The notes: generated by a model not told the origin, from the sequence alone. A stretch of 64,000 nucleotides of DNA from Negaprion brevirostris (GCA_030324005.1 JARDVH010000137.1:19284917-19348916), one strand, 5' to 3'; counted from the stretch's first letter, positions 49,223-62,489 are shown. Translations and numbers: made by a program.

Positions 49223-50012
49223 CACTCTTTCAAGACATTCATTAAAACCTTTGGTGATCTTCCCTGATCTCTCCTTGGTGTCAAAATGTAATTTTTCCAT
49301 CATTTGTAGACAATTCCACATTGCTAGAACACCTGAATTATTTGGAATAAGCTTTTTCTTTGTGTTTCTGAGATATTAGGTTGTGCTTTGGTGCTGAGCT
49401 TGGAGATCATCATATCTGGAGAGTGTGGGGTTTGGGGGGAGGAGGGGTTTGTACAATGGGATAAATTAAGCTCCTAGAAAATGCCTTGGGACGTTTTACT
49501 ACATTAAAGGTGTGAGATAAATACAAATTATTGTTCCCCTTCATTCATAATAAAGACCTAATTCCCTGTGAAAAATTCAATACTGCCAGCCACAGCCTAC
49601 TCTTTATCTTTTTCAATGGCTGCAGAAGAAACCAACAAAAGAAAACTTAAAAAATATCATATTCAAATACAAATAAAAATCAACCATTCAGGATAGTGGT
49701 AGTATCCTTGACCCCACAGTATCCCAATCACCACACTCTCCCCTTTCCATCCAGTTGATCCCTCCCAAGCTTTAATTTTGGGCAGTTGCTGGATAGGCAA
49801 GCAGTGTGATGTCCACGATATTCAAATGGAGGAACAGACTGGAGGAACTCACCCAGGTATTTTTTAACGAAGTCAGAGGTCCAATTTCATTTTGACCTCG
49901 AGCTTAGGTACCATCACCATTTATTCTAAACTATACCTGAGTTTTAGGAATTTAAACTGTACAAGGTGATGGGAACTATAAATCCCTTTTTTTGAAAGGA
50001 CTGTCTTTGTTT

Positions 50013-50410
50013 ATATTCATTCGTAGGACATGGGCGTTGCTGGCTAGCCAGCATTTATTGCCCATCCCTAGTTGCCCTTGAGGTGGTGGTGATGATGAGC
50101 TGCCTTCTTGACACTTTGTAGCGATTGATACCACTGAGTGGTGTGCTAGGCCATTTTAGAGGGCTCTGGAGTCACATGTAGGCCAGACCAGGTAAGGACT
50201 GCAGATTTCCTTCCCTAAAGGACATTAGTGAACTTGATGGGCTTTTCCGACAATCGGCAATGGTTATACGGTCATCGGTAGATTCTTAATTCCAATTATT
50301 TTTAGTTGAATTCAAATTGCACCATCTGCCACGGCAGGATTCAAATCTGGGTCTCCAGAATATTAATGGAGTTTCTGGATTAATAGTCATGCCACTCAGC
50401 CATCACCTTC
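50013..50410 (-). mobile_element. SINE with LINE-derived 3' tail
   Basis: Same family as 24855-26000; its tail matches the LINE 3' end at ~30300-30410. Confidence 0.7.
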
Positions 50411-51439
50411 ACAGGTGTTCTTTATTCATTTTCATCCTTGCTGCCTCATAACCTGGGTTACCAGAGCAAACACAAAAATTAAATAACTGCATAAAGGGCA
50501 AAATGACAACTCTGATGATTTCATTGTAGCAGGATTTAAAACTCCATGTTTTAGTTGACATTTTTGATTCAGTTGACGCATTTGTAGCAGACGATAGCTA
50601 ATGCTACATGGGGATAGAGTATTTTCCACTGCTTCATTTTGTAAGAATTGTTGGTTTACCAACAGAGGGCTTATGTGCTCGAGAAATACTTAGCACCTTG
50701 TAAAAGGGCACACAGGTACAAACACACGCTAAACATAGGTGGAGGGAGCTGCTGGGTGCAATGGTTCCAGTGAAAACAGCACACTGCTAACACAAAATGG
50801 GTAACATGTTGGAGGAAGGTAGCCCAAACAGTCTTGTCCTTTCTAGCAGTGGGGGTTGATATCCAACATAATTGTTCCTATTAAGTGTGGATGGGGGAGG
50901 GGGAGTGGATCTTTTGTACATATTAGAGTTGTCCAAAATAATGACTTCATTGAGGTTTGAAATTTTTATTTATCAACGTTCTGCTCCTTTGAGAAAAAAA
51001 ACTTGAGTACAAAAACAACTTCACAGTAGCACTTCGATACACATTTTGATTTTATAAAAAATTAAGTTAATGCTGAACCTAATGCTGAGAGTTAGCCTAA
51101 GGGTTAAATCTACAGCTATTCAATACCTTAATAATAAAAAAAAGTTAGTTTCCCTCTACCCCACCCCCATATTTTACTTCTTCCCTCCTCCAACCCCCTT
51201 GCTCAAGTATGGTATCACAACCACCAATCACTATCCAGCACCCCAGCCGCATGGGCAGTTACCTATTTGTTAGACAATGAGCTACTTAATTTTAAAATTA
51301 CTTCTCACAATTTAAGCACCAGCAAGGTTATTAATGGGATTAAGAGTTTGGCTGGTGCAGCTACAAATCATCATTGAAGAGGCTAATGGAACGTTTGTAT
51401 TCCAATCCTCTTGAGATGAAGACTAAAAGAGAAGGAACT

Positions 51440-51925
51440 TGTCCTTCAAGTGTTCAGAGACTTGGGTTGGACCTCATCAGAAATACTGCACTTAGTTTTG
51501 GGCACATGACATTGGAGGAGCTGGAGGCGGTGAAAATACTAGTGTTGAATCACCAGATCGATAATAGGGTTTTTAAAGAGTTAAATTGCGAAGACATGTT
51601 GCATAATTTTGGGTTATATGCCCTTGCACTTAGGTGACCTAATTTTGAGGTATTTAAAACAGCAATGGCATTGAATAGAATAAATTCAGAAAAACACTTA
51701 TCTTAGGAGGAGGAATCCAGAACAAGGGGCGCTTAATTGTAATAAGAGTGAGACCATTCTGGAGATGAGGAATATGCCCCTCTCAAAGACTGGATGTTGG
51801 ATCAATTTACTTTTTTTAAAGGCGGAAATTGCCATATTAGGCAAGGGAAAGAGGTGAGGTACAGATCAACTATAATCTAATTAGTGGCAGAACAGGATCA
51901 AATGCGACTCGTGCTCGGTGTATTC
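51440..51925 (+). mobile_element. Decayed CR1 3' fragment
   Basis: ggaatccagaacaagggg (SRTRG motif) and acagatcaactataatctaattagtggcagaacagg tail. Confidence 0.55.
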
Positions 51926-52244
51926 TATCACCAGTCATGGGTTCAAGCCATGGTAGCCAAAACTTCAGGTGTTAGATTGATTGAGATTCCATGGTGAATC
52001 CAACTTTGGCTAATAACCTAAGGCTACAAATGGCCACAGACATCTCTCTCCATTAGCGAGAGGTTGTTTATGCCTGGCTTGAGAGGCATCACTCTGCAAG
52101 ATTGGGCCTGGGTGTGAAGGCAGACTTTCATGCCTGTACATAATTGAACCCTGTGCCATTGCTATGACTCTGCATCACACACTAACCATCTGCATTAACT
52201 GAGCTCCACAAGGCATACAGCTTCTTTTTTTTTTTAAATGGCTT

Positions 52245-52378
52245 ATTTGAAAGACAGCACCAACAACAGTCCAGCAGCAGGACTATCAACCTGGCCTAGT
52301 CTCTGGAGTGAGTCTGGAACCCATAACTTTCTGTCTCAGAAGAGAGTATTCCATCTGCTGAGCCACAGCTGACATTCC
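52245..52378 (-). mobile_element. 5' part of a Deu-type SINE
   Basis: Reverse strand reads tgtcagctgtggctcagcag..gggttccagactcactccagagact. Confidence 0.5.
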
Positions 52379-53761
52379 CAAATCTAATAGTATGGGAGAC
52401 CACCAGGCTTGAAAGCAAGAATGAAATGGGACAGAAATAGGAAGTAGGAATTGGTTAGGTTCTAAAAACTTTAAGATTTGAATAGTTACTTTGAATCCAC
52501 AAGGGAATAAACATCTGTCCAAAATGTTAAAGGCTAATACTTTATTCCATCCTATAACCTAGTTCCTAAGCACTGCTGCTCAATGAAACAAACTCAAAAT
52601 TACTTCTTGTCATTTGATACACTGCTGGTGGCCTCAAGGTCANNNNNNNNNNNNNNNNNNNNNNNNNNNNNNNNNNNNNNNNNNNNNNNNNNNNNNNNNN
52701 NNNNNNNNNNNNNNNNNNNNNNNNNNNNNNNNNNNNNNNNNNTGCTGGTGGCCTCAAGGTCATTCTGTTTCTATGACAGAATAGCACCATGGATTGAATT
52801 GTGCCTATTAATCAGTGTAATGGGTTCTGTTAACAACAAAAATGCATGTTCTGTACAGCTTTCCTAATCACATTGTTGAACAACAGTTTTTGGTCATCAA
52901 GAAAGCATTTCAAGAAGCTTCCAGTGTGCAGGAATAAAGAGTAAAACTGCCCATCTTTATTTTCAAAGAGCAATAGTTTGTTCACTTCCTATCTTATGCC
53001 CCTGCAGAACATTAATTTTAAATCAACCCAATTGAAATGAACAATTATGAATGATAGTGTGAATTTCTAGTGGCTGGTTATGGTGTCACCTCCCAGCTAC
53101 CCTGAATTTCCAGAGCTTGGTCAATACTGGGTCTTTTCTCTGCTGTTAAGGACATGTACACTTGATTCTGGATAGTAACTTTCTTCCATTTGCAAACAAA
53201 AATAAATCAAAATCATAAATTGCTTCAGCAACAAGTTATACTAATCCACCCTGGTTACCTTTCCTTCTATACTTAAAGTTTCATGCACTGACTAAACACC
53301 TAGAATATATCAAACATTACCCTTCATCATGGCTGATCTCCCCAGGCTTATACTGCTCCTGGCATCAACACAAATTATTTGTTCATGTTTTCCTTACTTG
53401 TTCATATATTTTGTTCTTTAACTTTCATTTTCATGAAGACGAACAACCAAATATGAACATTATTTTGCAGATAGATAAATTGGACTTAGTTTATGTAATA
53501 CATCCTACGTACAAAAGAAAAAGTTCTTTTGAATTGGACTGCTGAATGGCAGCATAAATCTGACAAAAATAGCCAAAATGACCACTTTCTATTTAACGCA
53601 CTCTTTTTGTTCAAAGTGGAAGAAACTGTCATTTGTGCATCATTGTTAATGGTGCAGACAGTTGTCAAGTATGAGTCAGAAGGCCATATTGGCCAAGATC
53701 GAAACGGATTTCTATGGAAAATTAACATCTGCTTACTAGAGTTTGTTTTTCAGAAAAAAAG

Positions 53762-55228
53762 CTAATAATGTCGGATATTGAAAAAGCCCACGCTTGTCGG
53801 ACTCTCCTTCACGGTTACCGTGACCAAGTTGGCAGTTACATCAGTGACAAACACGTGTTCAATCAAACTGCGGGTGGGTTTCCAGTCTTGATTTGTCTGA
53901 ACTGAAATGGATGGGTTTGGAATCGTACTTGAAAATGAGGAGTCGTGATCAGAGTCTGAGCTCATCGTATCCTCCCCTGTGCTCAGTTCTGTTGGCACGT
54001 TGCTGCTCTGTTTAGATATCTCTGATGAAGCATCCTTTTTGTCACTGTCTCTGATTTGGTTGTCAGAATGATGGATTGAAGTGTTTGTAGCCTCCTTGTC
54101 CACTTTTATCTGATTCTCCTTCTCACCACCATCTTTTCCACTGCTCTCACATAATGCCTGGCTATTGGCCGCCGGTGAATTTAATACTTTATTAGAAACA
54201 CCATGAGAGTTCAATTCAGTCGAATTCAATCCTGGAGTCCCAACACTCCTGGAAATAACAAATGACAAATTGTTGTTGATGTTCTTTGAAGTCAAACCCG
54301 ATGGGCTGGTTACACTTTTGGAACTCAGCCCTATCTTGTTGGCACTCTGCAGATTTAAGGCATGTGAATTTAACCCTGAATTAGTAGTGTTCTGAGAATT
54401 TGGTACTGGTAAATTGCGGCCAAGAATGCTAGGGCTTTGACTGTTCACACTCTGGGAATTTGAGCCTGAATTAACTGAACTACAAATACTGGAATTGGCT
54501 TTTATTTGTCCAGGAATATTCAAAGCCTTTGAGTCGCAGTCTGATTTGCACAACTCCACTGAGTTTCTTGCATTTCCAGGGTTCTTAATTAATCCAACCT
54601 TACTTTTCTCACTCACACCTTGCGGATTTAGCACCGTCGTATTCCCAGGCTGCATTTCAGAGGCAGATTTATTCAGTGCCATTGGACTGGCAGGACGCAA
54701 GCTAGATGAATGCTGACCAGATCCTGTGCGATTTGCTGTTTGCAAGGCTGACCTGGGATTATTGGATTTTGAATTGAAAATGCCCGAACTTAGCATCCCA
54801 CTAGATACGTTCAAAGATTCCAAAGTGCTCTTTTCTAAGCCTGTATTATTCTCCGTCAAAGATCCCTCTGGCTTTTCCAACTTCTCTTTTGACGATTCAT
54901 CAGTTCCAGAGTCACCACTTGTATCATTTCCAGATGTTTTTAAAGCTTTTCCTGGTTTGACTTTTATGTTCTTTCGAAGTTCACTGCAGATGACTTTGCT
55001 GGTGCGTTTCTTTTTGCCAGTGTCTTTCAGATCTGCTTTAGTTTGGCCGATTTCAGTCTGGATCCTTTTTTGAGGGATATGGTCCAATTCTTCCCGCCGC
55101 TCATTGTTCCGGGAAGTAGTCTGGGTTTGATCATCACTTTCCTCCTCCTCGTCCTCCTCTTCATCATCATCATCCTCATCCTCTTCAGAAGAGCTGCTCG
55201 ACTTTGAAGAAAGAGGAGCTTCTTGTTC
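53762..55228 (-). CDS. CBX2: Chromobox protein homolog 2, last coding exon (488 aa plus stop); chromodomain exons not found in the window
   Basis: Acceptor ttttgtcttAG (plus-strand CT at 55229-55230), phase 0. Reads EQEAPLSSKSSSSSEEDEDDDEEE...HIPQKR...LSTGEDTMSSDSDHDSS...SVQTNQDWKPTRSLIEHVFVTDVTANLVTVTVKESPTSVGFFNIRHY, the CBX2-type Ser/acidic tract and Pc box. Confidence 0.96.
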   Translation of the reverse strand, partial: EQEAPLSSKSSSSSEEDEDDDDEEEDEEEESDDQTQTTSRNNERREELDHIPQKRIQTEIGQTKADLKDTGKKKRTSKVICSELRKNIKVKPGKALKTSGNDTSGDSGTDESSKEKLEKPEGSLTENNTGLEKSTLESLNVSSGMLSSGIFNSKSNNPRSALQTANRTGSGQHSSSLRPASPMALNKSASEMQPGNTTVLNPQGVSEKSKVGLIKNPGNARNSVELCKSDCDSKALNIPGQIKANSSICSSVNSGSNSQSVNSQSPSILGRNLPVPNSQNTTNSGLNSHALNLQSANKIGLSSKSVTSPSGLTSKNINNNLSFVISRSVGTPGLNSTELNSHGVSNKVLNSPAANSQALCESSGKDGGEKENQIKVDKEATNTSIHHSDNQIRDSDKKDASSEISKQSSNVPTELSTGEDTMSSDSDHDSSFSSTIPNPSISVQTNQDWKPTRSLIEHVFVTDVTANLVTVTVKESPTSVGFFNIRHY

Positions 55229-56939
55229 CTAAGACAAAAGAAAGAAACAAAGACAAATTAAGTCTGTCCCTGGAAAATTTTACAATCAAAAATTTTAAAG
55301 TGGAAATGGCAGATTCTGGAAATCTGAGACAAAAATCAGCAAATACTGCAAACACTCATAACATCAGAGCACATCTTTGAACTCTTCAGGAAACCCCAGA
55401 ACATTTTGGATTCACATAGGAAGCATCAGTTGGTTTTCCCTCTTCACTGATGGTGCCTGACCTGCTAAACATTTCCAGCACTTTTGTTCTGGGATCTTTA
55501 AAAATCGCTCTTGCTGCAAGTGTAAACAATTGCTAGATCTCACTTTTGTTTCCAGAATCAATTTATGGTGAGTACAATTCTGGAACTACCTTTCAAGTCG
55601 CCAGGACACTGCATTGACTCGGAGCCCAAAACTTGCAGCTCACCTAGACATGCGTTAGCAAGACCAAGTCTTTGAACATGACCATCTTTCTTGTTGCCAG
55701 AGTCTAGGTAATCAGCCTGTCCACTTTGTTGGCCAGTAAATTAAAGAGCTAAAATCACTTTCCATGCCTAACCATTTACATGCATTGTGTCTTGTGTCTT
55801 TTTATTGTCAAAAGAAAATTACGCTATGACCATAATTACCTATAGCATCAGCTCATTTTGTCTGGGCTGCCAGGGCAGAAGGAGGAAAAAAAAGTGTCCA
55901 GTCACCCAAGGTTGCAGTCCAGGAATACTTATATTAGTAACTGGTTACAGAGAGAAATGAGCAGAAGTGAATAAGCAGGTTTCCTGTCTAGTTACTCAGC
56001 TGGAAGATTAGGCATAGAGCTGGTAGCAGTGGGGAGGAGAATTTTATAACGCTGAAAGAAACTCATTGTAAAACTCTCTACCCAAAAATCACTTTATCCA
56101 ACTAGCACTTTTGCCTTTCAAATTCAACAACTGAACATTTCCAATTGATAATGACAGAATCATATCTATAGCAAGCAAACTGAGTAAATACTTGTCTGTC
56201 TCTTTTCTGTCATTCTTTGGAGATCAAGGGACTGAGCTTCAACATGTAACTTTACTCACAAATGATTCAATTTTCTCATAAAATCAAGCAGCTAATGCGA
56301 CCAGTCATCTAGGTTACGCATTAGATGTCGCTGATTCCCTTAAGGTACCAGCTGTGTTAAATCAAGCTCTAATAATAGTGCAATCAGGTTTCTGACAGAT
56401 TCACCAGGTTTAAATTCTTGCTGTCACATTCCTGAAACCCAATAATTTTGACATTTCCTTTACGGTTCTAGCATTTTTTTTTAAGGGCATAAAATGTTGA
56501 GGTGGCAAACATTACTTGGTGTTAGCAGAATCTGGATACAGCCATTTTGGTACACTCACACTAGGAAAAAAACAATGAGTATTAGCTTGGGGTAGCATTA
56601 TCACAATCCATGTGCCATAGCTGCAATGAATAACACCCATCGCTATCTTCTTTTCCATATTATTTTTCCTCAACTTCTTCTTTGATTACTTCTGATCCAG
56701 ACTGATTAAACTAGTTTAATCATTCCTGATACTCATTGGGAAAGAGTTTACTACACTTTGCGTTTTCTGTAACATGAAGAGCACATCTTTCAAGACTGGC
56801 AAATTTATTTCACAAATAGACATTTGTATAAAAAGGACTTCCCAATACATATTCAACATGTGCTATGATGCAGATATATCACTGTGCAGTAGCATTACCA
56901 GAATAGGCAGAAGCCTAATCCACCAGCAAAAGCTCCCAG

Positions 56940-57910
56940 GAAAGCTTGGCCTCAACATCAGCTTTTCAGGATGAGGCGTAAGCTATATTAGGAACCCAGG
57001 CAGGCAACCCCTGGAAGTATTCATGGGTCAGAGGTGAGCTCGGCATGAGTTGGCTGACTTGGGAGCAGATAAGAAAGTTAGTCGTCCATGGTGATGTCCC
57101 TGTGCCTTACACGAGACATCACTGATTTATCAGGCGAGTGGGAGCTCTGTAAAAGTTGTCCAACGAGTAGTGATCCTAGAATGGTTGGCCCCTTGTGGGC
57201 TTTCCCTCAGCAAAAAATGTTAGGAGTTGACACTCCAGCCTCACCGTGTCTGGTGCAGATCGCAGCAATTCCAGAAAATTGCATGTGGGCCTCAAAATGG
57301 GTTTCTTGTCTGGCACCAAACAGTTTGCAATTGTCCTTGTTCCTTTCGACTGACGCAAACTAGATTGCACCCAAAAGAGTGTGAGGCTGATTAGCATATC
57401 TATAGTAGCATTTAAATATACTTTGCCCATTTGATGCTAGATTCTTCCAGCTCTCGTGCTGCTGACCACACCAGGGGAGAGTTTGGAGGGCATGGAAACC
57501 TTGGGTTGTCGGGGACATATCTGGACAGTACCGAGGGGGTCGGGACTCATGAAGGGGAACACATTGGAAGGGGCTCAATGCCAACGATCCATGTCAGGGA
57601 GGGGATGGGGAAACATGCCACCAGTGAGGGTGAAGTGGAGCAGTCCCTATGTCCACGAAGGGAAGGCAGAGGTCTCCCAGGGCACAGAGATGCGGGCACC
57701 CTTTCAAAACAGCGCCTCATCGCTTTGCAGTCAGGCTCACCATCGTGTTTAGGCCCAGCCCTCCCAGAACTGGCATACAACTCACCATTCTCCCAGAAGA
57801 TGATTTAAGTGTGGAACGATTGCAGTTCGTTCTATGCCAGACGGACTGAAGTGGATCGCATTAATTTACTTGCTGTTTCAACATTTAGCTTTTGGCAAAA
57901 TTCTACCCAT
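56940..57910. mobile_element. Non-autonomous DNA-element relic, related to ~35390-36110
   Basis: ctggtgcagatcgcagcaattccagaaaattg (~57250) versus ctggcgcagatcgcaataatccaggaaaattg (~35411); ends in AAAATTCTACCC. Confidence 0.45.
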
Positions 57911-58388
57911 AATTGTTCTTACCCATTGTGTATCGTAATGAAGCACTTAAAACATAGCAGATTCACAAGACATTGCCACCACTAGCTGATACAGATATTT
58001 CAAAGTCATATAGTTAGCTGCCAAAAGCCAGTGGATGAACAATGAACAGTGTCATGGTCATTTCCCCACTCATCTGCCCTCTATCACAATGCATCCGTAC
58101 AGTTGAGTGTGACCAGGTCCCTCCTGTCATGGCATTGCCAGGAGGGAGGGAATCAGTCAGGCTGTTAGTGTTCACAGAGTACAACATGCTATCTTGGAGT
58201 GATAGCAACAACACACGTGGCACCAAGGATTTGCACAGAGCCATTTTCTCCAACAATCCTCAACAGTAAACAGAAAATGGTTAGTGCATGCAAGCACATG
58301 AAGATGAATGAGAACATTGTAATCTGAATGGCTCATGACCCTTTTAATAGAATGTCACAGAGGAGACATGGGGGTAAGGATGTGTCCA

Positions 58389-58950
58389 GGTGCCTCGTGT
58401 TTTTCTGATCAGGATCTTCAAGTTTTTGTGGAAGAAGTTCAGAAGAGCGGACCGGTCCTTTGCCCTGCTGGTTGAAGCAATCCAACTGCAACAGTCAAGG
58501 TGGCCAGCGTTCAAATAGTGGCTGTGGTGAGCGCAGCAAGAGGGCATCAATCCTCATGGCTTTAGTGCAGGGAATGGTTCAATGACTTGCTGCATTCTGG
58601 CAAGGTGAATAACTCAACTCACACACAGAGTTCCAAGGAAAGGGTCATATCCATGTACTCCAACTAAGGTACAACACCTGGCACATAGCAGGATATAGAC
58701 TTGATGTGTAGGTTGCTCGTGTGAGCATGTACAGAACAAATGTGAACAAGTACTAAGATGCACAGACACAATGAAGGGAAATATTATTGCATGCACTGCA
58801 TACCAGGCTAACAAGAAAATCATGCTTCTGTCATTGCAGTTGGAAAGGGTGAAGAATGCTAAAGAGATGGCCTGGATTGAGGGTGGCTCAACCTGGCTGA
58901 GAACAATTTGCTTGGCTGAGCAGAAGGCCATGAAGTTAATCACATGTGCC
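58389..58950 (+). pseudogene. Harbinger Myb/SANT DNA-binding protein relic
   Basis: CFSDQDLQVFVEEV...VAVVSA...W.*CREWFNDLLHSGK, donor GT at 58605; next segment EMAWIEGGS..LAEQKAMKLI. Confidence 0.7.
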
Positions 58951-61169
58951 TGAGCAACTGCCTGTTGGTGATTGTGACTTGCTGGTAGCAAAAGCAGTGT
59001 TGAAATCATCTTGGAACGTGGTGGAGGTTACGTTGCCAGGTCACTGAACACAAGAGGACATCATGTAAGGGGGAATGCAAGGATGGGATTGTGTCATACG
59101 GGCAGTGCAAGCAGGGTTAAAGGCAATGGTGTGCGTCAGTGTGTGCTTTCACAATATAAAAGGCTATACCTGAATAACTCCTTTTATGTCTCAGATCATC
59201 CTTCAGGCATCAAACGGAGGAAAAGATGTCTGAGGAGGATGTGTCATATCTTTCTAGCTCACACTTGGCTAACTCATACAAGCACACTGGGGGAAATGTA
59301 GCATACATGTGGAGTCAGTGGCAAAGGGTGGGAGTCACTGCACCAGCAGCAGGTATGAGAACAGTGCATAATCCCCCACCAGAATGAGGAAAATCACAAT
59401 GATGCCCCAATGAGCAGGAATGTGGAGTCTTAGAAGGCACCATTTTGAGGCAGTGTGTTCAGACAATTGGCAGATGTGGGGACATCTGGCAGAGTTTCCC
59501 AAGGCAGTGGAAGCCCTTGAATTGCAAATGGAGAGTCCATTGCAATCAAATGCTGCACATTGTCCCAGGGTCTCAGTTGCATGAGCTCTGACATGAGAGA
59601 TTGGCCAATCTCACTCAGACACATGCAGCAACACCCGGAATAGATGCAACAGCACCTCTTGGCCAGGAAAGGGTGGAAGCTTCACAGTGGTCTAGTTCAG
59701 TCCGCTCGGTACGAGTGCTGACATCCACAGAATACATAAAGATCTGCCTACCCTGACAGGACAGTCACATTGTTGGTAAACAGTTCCAGCAGCCAGCCCC
59801 ATCAATCCCACTTGAAGGCCAACACAGGGCTGTGGAGGTCACTGAGGAGGGTGAAGATACCAAGAGCTCATCAGCACCCTTCTTCCACTTCATTAATCTC
59901 TCCACCAGCGCGTTAAGTGCCCCAGATGTGCCAGTGACCACAGTTTTCCATGTAGGGATGCAGAAGCCAGTGTGAATGAAGTTCCCAGCAGGTGCTGGCA
60001 CAATGAGGCCAGACACCATGCTCCTTATTATCATATAGACTGAAAATTCAGCAGCCTGCCTCCACCTCTTCAGAGACAATACAGGGCGGCGGACATCATA
60101 GGAATGAGCGTGCGCACAGGGCATCAGGTTACCTACAGAGCTGATATGTAGATGTGAAAAGAAAACCTAAATCATATCTGAGCACTCTTTGAATATATTT
60201 ATATCAAGTCATTTATGAGTGTTTGTTTCTACACCACAGAACTCCAAAAGGACTGACCATATTTGATGGATTTTGGAGAGTTTCTCCCCTCTCTGATTTA
60301 TCACACTAGAATCCAGTGTTCAAAAGCTCAAGCACTGAGATGCTCTTTTCCTCTTTCATTGAGTCTCCCTTAAAGTCAAGTTTGGATAATTAATGATCAG
60401 GCTCCACAAACAGATACTGGATAGCAGGTGCAAGTCAAACACACTGCTGTGCAAATGAGTAACCTGTCAAATATTGGCCTAGATGTAGGCATCACACCTC
60501 AACATCTCAAGTACACTCCAGAAAATATCTGTTTGCCTAAGGTCCCCACTATTTTGGCAGCATTTGACTCCCAGGTGGCAGTGGATGCACTGTCGGGGAA
60601 GCAGAGGTTAAGGCAAGTCAGGAGTGTTGCATGAGGCACCCACCTCAGAAACAGGACCACTGGCTGGAAAGGATGGTGTACAGGTTTTTCAAAGAGCTGT
60701 TGCTGCACAGCCATGGGCTCATCCTGTGCAATATACCTTATTGCGATTTCCACTGGCACATTACACCCTCTTAGCTGATGGGATTGCAAGTCTCAGTATT
60801 GTGGACATGGCTTGGTTATGGACAAGGTGCTGGCTTTGGCACCTCATTTACAGGCATTGATGAATGTGTGAGGGACCAGGTTATGAAGGACATCTTACCA
60901 TGTTTCTTTGTAATATGTTGAGGTTTATGGTTATGATGGAGGGGTTTCAGCCATTTTAAAGTCAAACCCACTGATTTAGGTCGTCAATATAAAAAGGTTC
61001 TTTACATTAGACTGTTCATTAAGAACTGGCTCATGGCAAGTCTGAGTATGGAGGGCCTTCTGGGAATCTATTTTGCATAAGAGCATGTTTGGCAATGATC
61101 CCCACCTGCACAGATCAGCCCTGGCTATACTGCCAAGCTTCCCAGCTGATCTGCTATTGGCAGCCTTCT

Positions 61170-61930
61170 TACCTTCCTCTGTCTGGGAATTGTCAAAATG
61201 GACAGCGACTTCCTCCTCCTCCACCACCTCCTCAGAGGTTGGAGATCTGCCCATGGCATTGTTGTCATTGATTCATTTCTCCCCCACCCCCCCATTGCTA
61301 CACAATGTTGCGCAGCGTGCAGCACATTACTTGTCCTTGATAGTCCTTGACCCCTAGAACAATGGGTCTCAGCGCAATTGGAATAGCTGAGGATGTTGGG
61401 AACTTCTCAATACAAAGGAATGGTGACAGTTTGCACACAGTTGAACGTAGTGGTCACAATCCACCTGTACATTGAATGAAAGGACTTCCAGTTGACAAAG
61501 TTGTTCAAATTTGAAGTCCTCACAGCAACACGGCTGCAATCATGGAAAATTTGCAGCTGAGAGAAGGCTGCTAATTGAGCAAAGACCACAGTACTCCATA
61601 TCTTAGACACCAAATCTACTGGGAAATTAATGCAATTCCCCACACAAGCAAACAGGGCATTAGTTACAGTCTTAATGCAACTGTGCTGCTGCTGACTGAG
61701 ATATAGTAGATAGGTCTCTTGCTGAGACTGAAAAGAGCCTAAGGCATAAAAATTGAGAGAGATGGTTACCTTTACTACCATTGGCAGGAAACAGGGGTCA
61801 ATAGAATGTGGCTTAAATTGTTTCTGGACCATGCAACATTATCCTGTCACCACCTCATTGCCTAACCTGTCATCTTTGAAACTGGTTCTCCATCAAATCG
61901 AGGTACATGTCCTAGGTCTGATACACCCTT
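61170..61930 (-). pseudogene. Harbinger (HARBI1-like) DDE transposase relic
   Basis: ORF 61407..61832 LPMVVKVTISLNFYALGSFQ..CIKTVTNALF..INFP..FAQLAAFSQLQIFHDCSRVAV..FVNWKSFHSM; frameshifts and stops. Confidence 0.85.
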
Positions 61931-62489
61931 TCCACTGAGGACTACTTGGTTGCCGTGCTCTCCTCCTCCTTCCTGATGCTGCATCTTCCTCTGGGCCTTC
62001 TGCCCTCTGACTGTTCATGTTGATTGGCTTCTATGGCATCCAGGCACAAGGGTGCCATGTTCATCCCAAAGTGCAATGCATACTTCTGAAGCAAAGTTCT
62101 TGCTGGCATCTAGGTGCAAATTCAGTAGGGACAAAAAAAAAATTGCCCTGTGAGTGCAACAGCCCACAAAGCTTCCTACAGCTTTGAATTTGAGTTGTTG
62201 CTAACTCTGAGGTCNNNNNNNNNNNNNNNNNNNNNNNNNNNNNNNNNNNNNNNNNNNNNNNNNNNNNNNNNNNNNNNNNNNNNNNNNNNNNNNNNNNNNN
62301 NNNNNNNNNNNNNNGGATTTGTGGAATATTATGGTCACAGATTTCTGAATGAGTGGAAATATATGAATGGTGGGATTGGAAAGGTGTCAGAAAAGAAACT
62401 TCGTGCCTCAACAGTAGAGAAATAACAGGTTAAAATTCTCATCTGTGTTTACGACTTTCTTCATGGCCTCATTCCTGCTTATTTTTCCT

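Larger units (their letters stand above)
50950..53761 (-). other. Probable CBX2 3' UTR
   Basis: Follows the TAG stop; minus-strand AATAAA candidates at 52956-52961 and 50965-50970, the latter after a U-rich, TGTA-containing tract. Confidence 0.35.
58270..62148. mobile_element. Decayed two-gene PIF/Harbinger DNA transposon (boundaries approximate)
   Basis: Convergent Myb/SANT relic on + and DDE transposase relic on -; candidate terminus AAAATTGCCC near 62148. Confidence 0.75.

Noticed and set aside
54495-55073. Plus-strand ORFs opposite CBX2
   Set aside because: Antisense shadows of the CBX2 exon
61407-61832. Possible domesticated HARBI1 gene
   Set aside because: Frameshifts, stops and an eroded catalytic motif (FHDCS in place of IDCTH) indicate a dead transposon copy
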